Assembly (NCBI GenBank): GCA_003566775.1
Contig: PXBW01000215.1
Coordinates: 3,529-67,528 of the forward strand
Length of the DNA: 64,000 nt
Reading direction: 5' to 3'
DNA from: a candidate division WS1 bacterium
GTDB taxonomy: Bacteria; Armatimonadota; Zipacnadia; Zipacnadales; UBA5352
Each line of letters begins with the position of its first letter. Within the stretch, counting starts at the first letter, position 1. Below the pieces are notes generated by a model, which was given only the letters and a program-made list of their open reading frames with translations, did no database searches and was not told the DNA's origin. This document shows, piece after piece, positions 19,101 to 27,881 of this stretch. Both the position numbers and the translations under genes were made by a program.

Positions 19101-19716
19101 CCCCGATGGACACGAGGTGGTCGTGGGTGGGATCATCCGCAGCTTCAAGGAACACACAACGCGCAACGGTGACCAGATGTGCTTCTTCACTCTCGGTGAC
19201 TTCGACAGCGAGGCGGAGGTCACAGTCTTCCCGCGTCTGTTCAGCGAGCGAAGCGATATCATCGAGAATGACAACATCGTGATCGTCACAGCGAAGCTCG
19301 AATTGAAGACGACCACCGGGGCCGGCGGTGAGGAGATGGAGGAGGCGCGATTGCTGGCGAACAGAATCTCACTGCTGCCGAATGCCAACACCATCTCCGA
19401 GCAGCGGATCAAGGACGCCCAGCAGGCGCGCGAGGGCAAGCGGCGCAGGCGGGAGGAGCAGCGCAGGACAGCGAACCCGACACGAGTCGAGATATGCCTG
19501 CGACCGCAGTCCGATGCCGACGCAGTAGTCGAGGAACTGCGCCAGGCCATCTACGATCATCCCGGTATCCAGCCGATCACCATCCGCGTGCCGGGGCCAG
19601 ACGGCGATCGCGCCATCAGTCTCGGGCAATCATACACAGTTGACGGAGACAACGGATTCACTGCAGCCATGCAGCGGCTCGGGTGGGTTGAAGGCGTGCG
19701 TGTCATTCGCAATTGA
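16171..19716 (+). CDS. dnaE: DNA polymerase III alpha subunit
   Basis: N-terminal PHP domain FVHLHVHSEYSLLDGA, 1181 aa, a conserved polymerase core (GPGRGSATGS, LDFPDDRR...), and a C-terminal OB domain. Confidence 0.95.
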   Translation: MSIHTPPFVHLHVHSEYSLLDGAIALSELPRRAAEMEMPAIALSDHGVMYGAVDFYRECEEVGIKPIIGCEVYVARRTRFDRDPRKDRSAYHLVLLAENLEGYRNLVKLASLASLEGHYYNPRVDLELLTECADGLICLSGCLQGQVPQLLTNGDGAGARQVAGQYREIFGPDNYFIELQDHGIEQQREVLPGLIEVAQDLDIPLVATNDAHYLRREERRYQDVLLCIGTNSCVNDEKRMRMEGEEFYLKSAEEMAQLFPDHPEALSNTAEIAERCEVELELGTLRLPHYDVPEGHTLDTFLRERCLEGVHERYGCEPEEAPPEVLERLDYELDVIRQKNYSGYFLIVADLCNEAQRRDMLIGPGRGSATGSMVGYTLGITQLDPIEHGLIFERMLNPDRESPPDIDLDFPDDRRHEIIEFCKERWGENHVAQVITFNTLGARAAIRDVGRALDVDLDRVDRLAKLVPGGTTIEEAVEAGGELARLSDQEPELAEVLNTARHLEGLSRHCSVHAAAVVVSDEPLMQKVPLKRDEDETMPVTQYSMKPVEDVGLVKIDFLGLKTLQVVSNTIRLVRQRHGVEIDPLNMSLDDPDTYEMLSKGETDAVFQLESEGMRRILRQLKPNNFQHIIQMIALYRPGPMQFADELCERRHGAEVTYPHEDLRPILEETYGIILYQEQVMRTASELAGFSMPQAELIMRAMAKKRQAQMEQMKPLFIEGCVNNGIDRACAEDIFQRMETFSNYGFNKSHSTGYALVVYWTAYLKANYPAEYMASHLTTVMDSSEDVAKYVTACQRAMGLEVLPPSVNVSDAEFSVNHEGAITYGLAAIKNVGHSTAEAICRERNDNGAFNGLSDFCARMPSEQMQLSTLETLIEAGAFDEFGDRAALLAAAPAAHSAGKQRQTNMQIGQDSLFGGSEELEQMEGVQLPDVPPMPDQEKLRLEKELLGVWVSENPLQQAAEKIEQCTNVRLAELTEFPDGHEVVVGGIIRSFKEHTTRNGDQMCFFTLGDFDSEAEVTVFPRLFSERSDIIENDNIVIVTAKLELKTTTGAGGEEMEEARLLANRISLLPNANTISEQRIKDAQQAREGKRRRREEQRRTANPTRVEICLRPQSDADAVVEELRQAIYDHPGIQPITIRVPGPDGDRAISLGQSYTVDGDNGFTAAMQRLGWVEGVRVIRN

Positions 19717-19749
19717 GCGGTCTCACACGCCGGAAGAGCGCCCTACCAT

Positions 19750-21111
19750 ATGCCGGCCCGGAGGTGGGTCACTCTGTCGGACCTCATCAGCGTCATCGAC
19801 GGCAGAAATGACTTTGAAGTCTGCGTCAGGGAACTCAAAGAGCGGCATCTTCGGCGTGAGCCCGCACACATCGAGCAGTCCGCGCGCGAGATAGTGGAGC
19901 GGGTCGCTGCCGAGGGCGACGAAGCGGTGGTTGATTACACGCGACAGTTTGACTGTCCGACCTTCGACGCGAGCCAACTCATCGTGGACCCCGACGAGAT
20001 TCAGGCGGCTTACGATGAGGCGCCCATGGAATGGGTGCGGGCGTACCGGCGTGCTCGGGAGAATGTACTGGACTACCACGAGCGGCAGATGCCGCGGTCG
20101 TGGTTAGAGGACTTTGACGGCATGATGCTCGGGGAGCGCGTCCGGGCGGTGGACGCGGTGGGGGTACATGTTCCCGGCTTCAGTGCACCCCTGTTCGCGA
20201 CCGTGGCGATGTCCGTGGAGCCGGCGAAGGCCGCGGGCGTTGAGCGCATCTGCATGGCGACACCGCCGCGCAAGGACGGCACGATCCATCCGCTGGTGCT
20301 GGTCGCGGCATCCGAGTCGGGCGTGAGCGAGATCTACAGGATGGCCGGGGCCCAGGCGATCGCTGCCCTCGCATTCGGCACTGAGACGGTTGAGCCGGTC
20401 TCGGTGGTGGTGGGACCCGGTAATCCTTACGTAATCGCGGCGAAGCGGCTCGTCTTCGGCCGGGTGGGGATCGACAACCTCGCCGGTCCCAGCGAGTCTA
20501 TGGTCATAGCGGACGCTCACGCCGATCCGGCATGGATGGCCGCGGATCTCCTCTGCCAGGCGGAGCACACAGGGGACAATACCGTCATGCTGGCGACTCC
20601 CTCAGAGGACCTTGCCCGAGCGGTGGTGCTTGCGATAGATACGCAGGTTGCGAAGCTGCAGCGTGCAGATCTGGTGAGACAGTCGCTTTCCGAGCATGGC
20701 ATGATCGCGCTCGTCTCCGACATGGAGGCGGCAGCCACGGTCGCGAATGAACTGGCGCCGGAGCACCTGCAGCTTGCAGTTGACGATCCGCTGGCGCTGC
20801 TGGAGTCGATCGACAGCGCCGGAGCGATCTTCCTTGGATCACTGGCAACGGTGCCGCTGGGCGATTACGCCGCGGGCCCGAGCCACGTGCTCCCCACCGG
20901 CGGTGCGGCCCGCTTCTCTTCGGGCCTGTCGGTGCACGATTTCCTTAAGCGCTCGTCACTGATTCACGCGGGCGAGCGCGGCTTTGGGCGCCTCGCGCGC
21001 GACGTGGAGATACTTGCCGAGGCCGAGGGCCTCGACGCACACGCCGCCGCCGTCAGCCTGCGGCGCAGGGCCGGTCACAGCCCCACAGATCGGAAGGAGA
21101 GCCGACCATGA
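19750..21111 (+). CDS. hisD: histidinol dehydrogenase
   Basis: 453 aa with the HisD signature CQAEHTGDN and a GPGNPYV NAD/substrate motif. It is the first gene of the his operon. Confidence 0.9.
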   Translation: MPARRWVTLSDLISVIDGRNDFEVCVRELKERHLRREPAHIEQSAREIVERVAAEGDEAVVDYTRQFDCPTFDASQLIVDPDEIQAAYDEAPMEWVRAYRRARENVLDYHERQMPRSWLEDFDGMMLGERVRAVDAVGVHVPGFSAPLFATVAMSVEPAKAAGVERICMATPPRKDGTIHPLVLVAASESGVSEIYRMAGAQAIAALAFGTETVEPVSVVVGPGNPYVIAAKRLVFGRVGIDNLAGPSESMVIADAHADPAWMAADLLCQAEHTGDNTVMLATPSEDLARAVVLAIDTQVAKLQRADLVRQSLSEHGMIALVSDMEAAATVANELAPEHLQLAVDDPLALLESIDSAGAIFLGSLATVPLGDYAAGPSHVLPTGGAARFSSGLSVHDFLKRSSLIHAGERGFGRLARDVEILAEAEGLDAHAAAVSLRRRAGHSPTDRKESRP

Positions 21112-21698
21112 GCGAGCGCGTCGCCAGAATCGAGCGGAGTACAACTGAGACAGAGATATCTCTCGAGCTGGTGCTGGATGGCCGTGGGGAGGCGCGGATA
21201 GACACCGGCGTCGGGTTCTTCGATCACATGCTAACACACATCGCGCGTCATGGGCTCTTTGATCTCACTGTGAAGGGCGAGGGCGATGTGCATGTTGACT
21301 ACCATCACCTCGTGGAGGACGTCGGGATAGTTCTGGGCTCGGCAATCGCCACCGCGGTGGGAGACAAGTCGGGCCTGGTACGCTACGGGATGGCCGCGTG
21401 TCCGATGGATGAGGCGCTTATCATGGTGAGCCTCGACCTCAGCGGCCGCTCGTGGTGCAACTGTGAACTGCAGATGCCGACCGAGAAGATCGGCGAGTTC
21501 GACACAGAGCTTTTGAACGAGTTCTTCACGGCGGTTGCGAGCAACGCCGCGATGGCGCTGCATCTGCTGCAACTGTCCGGCGCGAATTCGCATCACATCG
21601 CTGAGGGCGCATTCAAGTCATTCGCGCGGGCTCTCGACGCCGCGACCAGAGTTGACGAGCGGGTGACCGGAGTGCCTTCGACGAAGGGTACACTGTGA
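21108..21698 (+). CDS. hisB: imidazoleglycerol-phosphate dehydratase
   Basis: RSTTETEISLEL...IDTGVGFFDHMLTHIARHG is the IGPD signature. It overlaps the hisD stop (ATGA). Confidence 0.9.
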   Translation: MSERVARIERSTTETEISLELVLDGRGEARIDTGVGFFDHMLTHIARHGLFDLTVKGEGDVHVDYHHLVEDVGIVLGSAIATAVGDKSGLVRYGMAACPMDEALIMVSLDLSGRSWCNCELQMPTEKIGEFDTELLNEFFTAVASNAAMALHLLQLSGANSHHIAEGAFKSFARALDAATRVDERVTGVPSTKGTL

Positions 21699-21812
21699 CG
21701 ACCTGACGGCGAAGATCGATGGCGCAGCGCGGGAGCGGGGTCCCGCCTCGCAGAGAAGCACACCCATCACGATCACCCCCGCACACGCCGCTTCGGATAG
21801 AAGGAGCATGCG

Positions 21813-22424
21813 ATGATCGCCCTGATAGACTACGGTATGGGTAACCTCGGAAGCGTCAGCAACGCGCTGCGCTTCATAGGGTGCGAATTTGAGATCACCA
21901 GCGCCCCCGATGGACTGTCGTCTGCTGATGGCGCGATTCTTCCGGGTGTGGGCGCCTTTGGCGATTGCATGGAGAATCTGCGCGAGTACAGTCTCGTCGA
22001 GGCGATCCGCGATTATGTTGCCGCGGACAGGCCCTTCCTCGGCATCTGTCTGGGTCTGCAACTACTCTTTGGTGAGAGCGAGGAGATGGGCACACACGCG
22101 GGTCTCGACATCGTTCCGGGGCGGGTCGTCCGGTTCAGTCACGATCGCAAAATCCCGCAGATCGGCTGGAATCAGATCGAAAAGCGGCAGGACTGCCCGC
22201 AACTCGAAGGTGTCCCGGACGGATCCTACGTCTATTTCGTCCACTCCTACCATGTGGTACCCGAGGATGAGTCAGTGATAGCTACCACCACGGAATATAG
22301 TTACGAGTTCTGCTCGGCGATCCGGCGGGGGAACCTGTTCGCGACACAGTTTCACCCGGAGAAGAGTTCTGAGACCGGGCTGCAGATCCTGCGTAACTTC
22401 GTAAAGGTGGTAGAAGGCCAGTGA
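21813..22424 (+). CDS. hisH: imidazole glycerol phosphate synthase, glutamine amidotransferase subunit
   Basis: MIALIDYGMGNLGSV...LPGVGAFG...GICLGLQLL is a class I GATase with the catalytic Cys. Confidence 0.9.
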   Translation: MIALIDYGMGNLGSVSNALRFIGCEFEITSAPDGLSSADGAILPGVGAFGDCMENLREYSLVEAIRDYVAADRPFLGICLGLQLLFGESEEMGTHAGLDIVPGRVVRFSHDRKIPQIGWNQIEKRQDCPQLEGVPDGSYVYFVHSYHVVPEDESVIATTTEYSYEFCSAIRRGNLFATQFHPEKSSETGLQILRNFVKVVEGQ

Positions 22425-23146
22425 TAGTGATCCCGGCCATCGACCTGTCGCAGGGGGAGGTCGTCCGCCTCGAGCGTGGCGACATGGCGAAGCGCACGGT
22501 CTACTCCGACGATCCTGCCGCGATGGCGAGGCGATGGGAGAGCGAAGGCGCCGGTCGGATGCATGTGGTGGACCTCGACGGGGCGATAGAGGGGCGCCCG
22601 ATGAATCTCGACGCGCTCGGCGCGATCTGCCGCGCCATCGACATACCCGTGGACATGGGCGGCGGCCTGCGCACGCTGGAGGACATCGAGACGGTGCTCG
22701 AACTGGGAGTACGCTGGGTGCTGCTCGGAACCAGCGCACTCACCAGCCCGGAGGTGCTCGAAAGTGCGCTCGACCGCTTCGGTGACGCGATCTGTGTCAG
22801 CGTGGATGCCCGCGACGGGCGGGTGGCAATTGAGGGCTGGGTCGAGACAAGCGAGATCTCGGCACTGCAGTTCGCTCGCCGGGTAGAGGAGATGGGCGTG
22901 AAGGAGATCGTGCACACGGATATCTCGCGCGACGGTATGCTCACCGGACCGAACCTGCCTGCCCTGCGCGAGATAGCGGAGAATACAGGCCTGCGCATCA
23001 TCGCGGCGGGTGGCGTGAAGTCACTCGACGATGTGCGCGCGCTCAAAGAACTGGAGCCGCTCGGAGTTGTGGGAGCAATCTCGGGCCGTGCAATATACAC
23101 CGGCGACCTTCCACTGCCTGAGGCCGTTGCACTCGCCGAGAGTTGA
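22421..23146 (+). CDS. hisA: 1-(5-phosphoribosyl)-5-[(5-phosphoribosylamino)methylideneamino]imidazole-4-carboxamide isomerase
   Basis: [18 protein letters not shown]-terminus. The (beta/alpha)8 HisA signatures DLDGA and GGGLR are present. It overlaps hisH by 4 nt. Confidence 0.9.
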   Translation: MIVIPAIDLSQGEVVRLERGDMAKRTVYSDDPAAMARRWESEGAGRMHVVDLDGAIEGRPMNLDALGAICRAIDIPVDMGGGLRTLEDIETVLELGVRWVLLGTSALTSPEVLESALDRFGDAICVSVDARDGRVAIEGWVETSEISALQFARRVEEMGVKEIVHTDISRDGMLTGPNLPALREIAENTGLRIIAAGGVKSLDDVRALKELEPLGVVGAISGRAIYTGDLPLPEAVALAES

Positions 23147-23165
23147 GGCAACTTTCAAGCCGTAC

Positions 23166-23978
23166 ATGACGGGAGAAGGCGACATGCTTGCAAAGCGAAT
23201 CATTCCGTGCCTTGACGTGAAAGATGGACGCGTGGTGAAGGGCGTCAACTACGTGGATTTCCGTGATGCCGGTGATCCGGTGGAGCAGGCGGCATGGTAT
23301 AACGGCGAGGGAGCCGATGAGCTTACCCTCCTCGATATAACCGCATCGCTCGAACACCGGGACACGGTGCTCGACATCGTGCGGCGTACTGCGGAGGAGA
23401 TATTCATCCCCTTCACCGTCGGCGGCGGGATACGCACGATCGAGGACATCCGTGACACCACTCAGGCGGGCGCTGACAAGGTCTCTATCATGACCGCCGC
23501 AGTCGAGAAGCCCGACCTCATCACCGAGGGCGCGGAGCGTTTCGGCTCACAGTGCATTGTGGTGGCAATCGATGCAAAGCGCGTGGTGGGTGACGAGGAG
23601 AACCTCGGTCCGGCCCCCGACGAGCAGATCGAGTGGCGCGTACACACTCACGGAGGCACCCGCCAGACCGAGATCGATGCGCTGGAGTATGCGCGACGCG
23701 CTGAGGAGCTTGGCGCGGGAGAGCTTCTGGTCACGAGTATCGACGCGGACGGAACCAAGGCAGGCTACGATGTAGAGCTTCTGCGACGTATCAGCGAGCA
23801 CGCGGGGATCCCGGTAATCGCCTCGGGCGGCGCAGGTACCATAGAGCACCTTTACGAGGCACTGGATTACGGGAAGGCCGATGCGGTTCTGGCGGCGAGC
23901 ATCTTTCACTTCCGTGAGTTGACCATCCGACAGTGCAAGGAGGAACTCGCGGAGCGCGGAGTGCCGGTGCGCCTGTAG
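23166..23978 (+). CDS. hisF: imidazole glycerol phosphate synthase, cyclase subunit
   Basis: [17 protein letters not shown]...VGGGIRT...SGGAG are HisF signatures. The start is placed at the ATG (23166) just after the hisA stop; the six-frame ORF extends further 5' into hisA. Confidence 0.9.
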   Translation: MTGEGDMLAKRIIPCLDVKDGRVVKGVNYVDFRDAGDPVEQAAWYNGEGADELTLLDITASLEHRDTVLDIVRRTAEEIFIPFTVGGGIRTIEDIRDTTQAGADKVSIMTAAVEKPDLITEGAERFGSQCIVVAIDAKRVVGDEENLGPAPDEQIEWRVHTHGGTRQTEIDALEYARRAEELGAGELLVTSIDADGTKAGYDVELLRRISEHAGIPVIASGGAGTIEHLYEALDYGKADAVLAASIFHFRELTIRQCKEELAERGVPVRL

Positions 23979-24003
23979 CAATCGGAACTGAGGAGGGGTT
24001 GGA

Positions 24004-24717
24004 GTGAGTGTGGAGAACGACTGTCCCGATGGAGTCGTGGAGACCCCCGATCTGCGCGATCGGGTCGGGGTATTCGCCGACCGGCGCGAGGCCGGAGAGA
24101 AGCTTGCGAGGTTGATTGAGAACTACGCCGGGGCCGACGCGCTTGTGCTGGGCATCCCTGCCGGAGGTGTTCCGGTTGCGGCTGCGCTCGCCGACGCGCT
24201 GGACCTCGAGTTGGATGTGGCGGTCGTGAGCAAGATCACGCTGCCATGGAATCCCGAGGCGGGCTACGGCGCGGTTGCGTTCGATGGAACCGTGCGTCTC
24301 AACGAGCCATTGATAGACAGACTATCCCTCGGCACCGAAGATGTCGAGAGCGGGATCGAGGCCACGCGCGAGAAGGTGCGCCGACGCGTGCGGGAATTGC
24401 GGGGGGACGGTCCCCTGCCCTCCGTAGAGGGGCGCACAGTGATACTGGTCGATGACGGCCTCGCCTCGGGCTTCACCATGATGACGGCGATCGACGCCGT
24501 TGGGGGCGGCAACCCCGCGTGGATGGCAGTCGCGGTACCGACGGCTCCGCTGACCAGCATCGAGAGCATCGTTGATGACGTCGATTGCGTGTACTGCTGC
24601 AATATCCGCACCGGCCTGCGCTTCGCGGTCGCAAGCGCATACAGGCACTGGTACGACGTCTCACTGCGCGAAGTGCAGCAGTTGCTGAGAGAGCACTGGA
24701 ACGGCGAGGAGGACTGA
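24004..24717 (+). CDS. type I phosphoribosyltransferase-fold protein (COG1926-like predicted PRTase)
   Basis: PRPP-binding motif VILVDDGLASGFTM (hydrophobic-x4-D-D-G-x-A-T/S-G). GTG start with an AGGAGGGG RBS 5 nt upstream. It is embedded between hisF and hisI. It is not HisG-like in sequence. Confidence 0.6.
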   Translation: MSVENDCPDGVVETPDLRDRVGVFADRREAGEKLARLIENYAGADALVLGIPAGGVPVAAALADALDLELDVAVVSKITLPWNPEAGYGAVAFDGTVRLNEPLIDRLSLGTEDVESGIEATREKVRRRVRELRGDGPLPSVEGRTVILVDDGLASGFTMMTAIDAVGGGNPAWMAVAVPTAPLTSIESIVDDVDCVYCCNIRTGLRFAVASAYRHWYDVSLREVQQLLREHWNGEED

Positions 24718-24718
24718 A

Positions 24719-25096
24719 GTGTTCACCGATGAACTCAAGTTCAATGGACAGGGCCTGATTCCCGCGGTGGTCTGCGACCACGGTAGCGGCGAGGTCCTGA
24801 TGGTCGCGTGGATGAACGAAGATGCGGTCAAGCAGACCGTGGAGACGCGGAAAGCGACTTACTGGAGTCGCTCGCGGCAGAAGTCGTGGGTGAAGGGCGA
24901 GACCTCAGGCAATGTGCAGAAGGTTCACTGGATCCGGACTGACTGTGATGCAGACGTACTGATGCTGGGCGTCGAGCAGACGAGCGGCGCCTGCCACGAA
25001 GGCTACCGATCGTGTTTCTACCGTGAACTGCGAGACGGGCAGTGGGAGATCATTCAGGAAAAGGTCTTCGACCCGGATGAGGTCTACGGCAGTTAA
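24719..25096 (+). CDS. hisI: phosphoribosyl-AMP cyclohydrolase (monofunctional)
   Basis: GLIPAVVCDHGSGEVLMVAWMNEDA...SRSRQKSWVKGETSGNVQKV...CDADVLML is the HisI signature, including the Cys ligands. GTG start 1 nt after the PRTase stop, with a GAGGAGGA RBS. Confidence 0.85.
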   Translation: MFTDELKFNGQGLIPAVVCDHGSGEVLMVAWMNEDAVKQTVETRKATYWSRSRQKSWVKGETSGNVQKVHWIRTDCDADVLMLGVEQTSGACHEGYRSCFYRELRDGQWEIIQEKVFDPDEVYGS

Positions 25097-25132
25097 CCGC
25101 GGTTCACTACAGGCTGGCGCTCGGACGGTAAT

Positions 25133-25849
25133 TCAAGTCAGCGCACCGTAGAGGCGGAGTACCGAGCCGTTCACCGAACCCGCCTCGTCGCTGATGAGCC
25201 AGCCCAGCACCTCCGCGATCTGCTGCGGCTTGACCCAGCGGGAGAAGTCCGCATTCGGACGCGCCTCGCGCGTTACCGGCGTGTCTATAATCGACGGCAT
25301 CACCGCCGCACAGGCCACGCCCGTGTCCGCAATCTCTTCGGCCATGCACGCGGTAAGATTGAGCACTCCCGCCTTCGCCACGGCGTAGGCCGCACGGCCT
25401 CCCGGAAGGTCGGCGGCGGCCTTCGACGAGATGCTGACGATCCGGCCGCGATCCACCTGCAGCATGTAACGCAGCGCATGCTTCGAGCACAGGAACGTCG
25501 AGGTCAGGTTCAACTCGAACATCTCCCGCCAGGCGCTTAGCTCAGTCTCGGCAATTGTCGCGCCCCCGGTGAAGCCCCCGACGATGTTCAGCAGCGCATC
25601 AGGACCGCCGTTGTCGCCGTGAATCTGCGCCATCATCGCCTCGACCTCACCCTCATCAGTGACGTCACAAGCGATGGTCGTAATTCGCTCCTCTGCGGAC
25701 ATCTCCTCCGCGAATCTACCGAGCTTCTCAGTATTATGCTCGCAGACCACGACCTCGGCTTCCGTCTCGAGCAGATAACGCGTCACAGCCTTCCCGAGAT
25801 GACCGGCTCCACCGGTCACCAGCACTACCTTCCCCTGCAGATCCATCAA
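25133..25849 (-). CDS. SDR-family short-chain dehydrogenase/reductase
   Basis: GKVVLVTGGAGHLGKAV (TGxxxGxG) and the NIVGG motif. The length is typical for the family. Confidence 0.75.
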   Translation of the reverse strand: MMDLQGKVVLVTGGAGHLGKAVTRYLLETEAEVVVCEHNTEKLGRFAEEMSAEERITTIACDVTDEGEVEAMMAQIHGDNGGPDALLNIVGGFTGGATIAETELSAWREMFELNLTSTFLCSKHALRYMLQVDRGRIVSISSKAAADLPGGRAAYAVAKAGVLNLTACMAEEIADTGVACAAVMPSIIDTPVTREARPNADFSRWVKPQQIAEVLGWLISDEAGSVNGSVLRLYGALT

Positions 25850-26469
25850 ATGTCCTCCTTGTATGCGATCAGGCGCAGCACGCTGTGACGATGCGCTTCA
25901 CCATGTGTGTGATCGACTGGGGTGAGCTTTTCACAGCTCTCGACTCTCAGGCTCGAGAAGACAGCGACGAGGCTATCGCGGGAGAAGTAAGTCCCACCCG
26001 GATCGGCGAACTCACTCTCAAGCGGGTCATCATCGGCAAATGCCGTTACGAACAGCCATCCGCCGGGTGCAAGCGCCTCAGCGATCCTCGCTCCGATCTT
26101 CGGAACCTCACTCTGGCTGAAGTGCCCGAGCACCGTATCGGCCACGATCAGATCGTAGGGCCCCACAAATGCGTCGGGTGCGGAGACGTCCGCTACCCTC
26201 GCGGTGATACTCAGGTGAGCGCGCCTTGCCAACTCTGTGATGTGCGCGATACCGGTCTCTGATAAGTCAATCGCCTCGACTGAGAAACCCCTCCGTGCCA
26301 GCAGCACCGAGTGGCGACCATCGCCGGCGCCGATGTCCAGCGCAATGCCGCTGAGGGCTCGTTCCGTGACCAGTGCGGCGAGCGCCGGGTCGGGGCGCAG
26401 GCCGAAGAGAGGCCCTTTCCGGTCGTAGGCGCGGTCATAAGATTCGCTGACGGCGTCTTTGTGACTCAT
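25846..26469 (-). CDS. class I SAM-dependent methyltransferase
   Basis: ALDIGAGDGRHSVLLARRGFSVEAIDLS (motif I / post-I), DLIVADTVLGHF, LAPGGWLFV. The start is chosen at the internal Met (MSHKDAV) to avoid overlapping pmbA. Confidence 0.65.
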   Translation of the reverse strand: MSHKDAVSESYDRAYDRKGPLFGLRPDPALAALVTERALSGIALDIGAGDGRHSVLLARRGFSVEAIDLSETGIAHITELARRAHLSITARVADVSAPDAFVGPYDLIVADTVLGHFSQSEVPKIGARIAEALAPGGWLFVTAFADDDPLESEFADPGGTYFSRDSLVAVFSSLRVESCEKLTPVDHTHGEAHRHSVLRLIAYKEDI

Positions 26470-26489
26470 ATCAGGGAAGCCGCATGGGC

Positions 26490-27881
26490 TCAGAACTCGG
26501 TTGTCCCGGAGAAGTGGAAGTCGCGGATCAGCAGGGGGGGAGCCCACGCGTATGAAGCAAGACGACCCTCCCGGCCGATCATCTCAACCCGCGAGAGAGC
26601 TTCGAGGATTGCCTCGGTGAAACGCAGATTCCGCACACCACCGGCAACCTCTCCATTCTCGATGAGGAAAATGCCGTCGCGCGTCATGCCCGTGAGTACC
26701 GCGGCGCTGGGATCGACGAGATTCGTATAATGGAAACGTGTCACCAGCAGGCCACGGTCGGTTGCTCCGACCATCTCATCCATGGCGGCCCCGCCCGGAC
26801 GCAGGAACAGATTCATCGGCACAGGGCCGTGGCTGCTCGAAGGGGGAAGCGCGTGGCCGGTCGAACGAGCATCCTCCAGCTTCGCGGTGCGACTGTCATG
26901 CACCACCGCCCCCGTCACACCGTCGGCAATCAACTCAACTCGCGAGCACGGCACGCCCTCGAAGTCGAAGGCTCTACGCAGACCACGCGGGTCCAGCGGA
27001 TCATCGATCAGCGCGATATTGTCGCCACAGACCTGTTCCCCGAGCCGTCCGCTGATCGCGCTTCTCCCCTCATGGTAAGCAAGGCCTCCAAAGGCGCTTA
27101 TCCCGAGGAACCATATCATGTCCGCGACCGCGGCGGGTTCGAGTACGACGTCACACCTTCCGGGATCGAAGGGCTTCGGATTCGCTGAACGCTTGCATTT
27201 TCCCGCGGCGGTCTCAGCAAGCGCGCGCGGCTGGATCTCCGAAGCATCCTCCGCATACTTTGCTGCGTATCCGGACGAATCATCGCCTGAGAAGACCATG
27301 CGCAGGTTTGCGCGTGTGCTCTCCTGCCACGCGAGCACTCCCAGTGAGTTCGCCACAGCGTGAGCGCTGACGCCGGTCGAACAGGCGCCGGCTGCGCTCT
27401 GCCCGCGCTCTTTCGCCACCTTGATGCAGATACGCGCGGCCTGCGCCCGCCGGGCGGCATCGAACTCGGCAGTGGCGGTGAATCCGTTGAGCGGAGTGGG
27501 CTGTTCACCCGGTGCGGGCAGCCCCGGATAACGTTCATCGGGACTGGCGACCTCCGCCAACACCGTGGCCCGGCGCAGGGCGTCCTCTACTCCATCGGAG
27601 GAGATGTCGTTGGTGGTTGCGATCCCCACCTGATTCTCGAAAGCGGCACGGATTATGACATGGTAGTTGGTTTCGGCAACGTTCTGATGGATATGGTTAT
27701 CCGCAAAGCGCGTCAGGCCCTCGGCCGCGGCGAGCAGATTGACCTCGGTTTCGTCGGCTCGCGAGGCGGCAAGAGCACGCTCGCAGATCGCCATCGCTTC
27801 GTCTCTTCCCAGCAACATGGCCTCACTCATCTGCACCAACTCCCACCTCAACATCGCGGAATCGAGCCGCTGATATGCCAT
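26490..27881 (-). CDS. pmbA: TldE/PmbA-family metalloprotease component
   Basis: TldD/PmbA family architecture; it is adjacent to and overlaps tldD. The start is uncertain (candidate Mets at 27881, 27854, 27830); the six-frame ORF extends to 28040 inside tldD. Confidence 0.7.
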   Translation of the reverse strand: MAYQRLDSAMLRWELVQMSEAMLLGRDEAMAICERALAASRADETEVNLLAAAEGLTRFADNHIHQNVAETNYHVIIRAAFENQVGIATTNDISSDGVEDALRRATVLAEVASPDERYPGLPAPGEQPTPLNGFTATAEFDAARRAQAARICIKVAKERGQSAAGACSTGVSAHAVANSLGVLAWQESTRANLRMVFSGDDSSGYAAKYAEDASEIQPRALAETAAGKCKRSANPKPFDPGRCDVVLEPAAVADMIWFLGISAFGGLAYHEGRSAISGRLGEQVCGDNIALIDDPLDPRGLRRAFDFEGVPCSRVELIADGVTGAVVHDSRTAKLEDARSTGHALPPSSSHGPVPMNLFLRPGGAAMDEMVGATDRGLLVTRFHYTNLVDPSAAVLTGMTRDGIFLIENGEVAGGVRNLRFTEAILEALSRVEMIGREGRLASYAWAPPLLIRDFHFSGTTEF

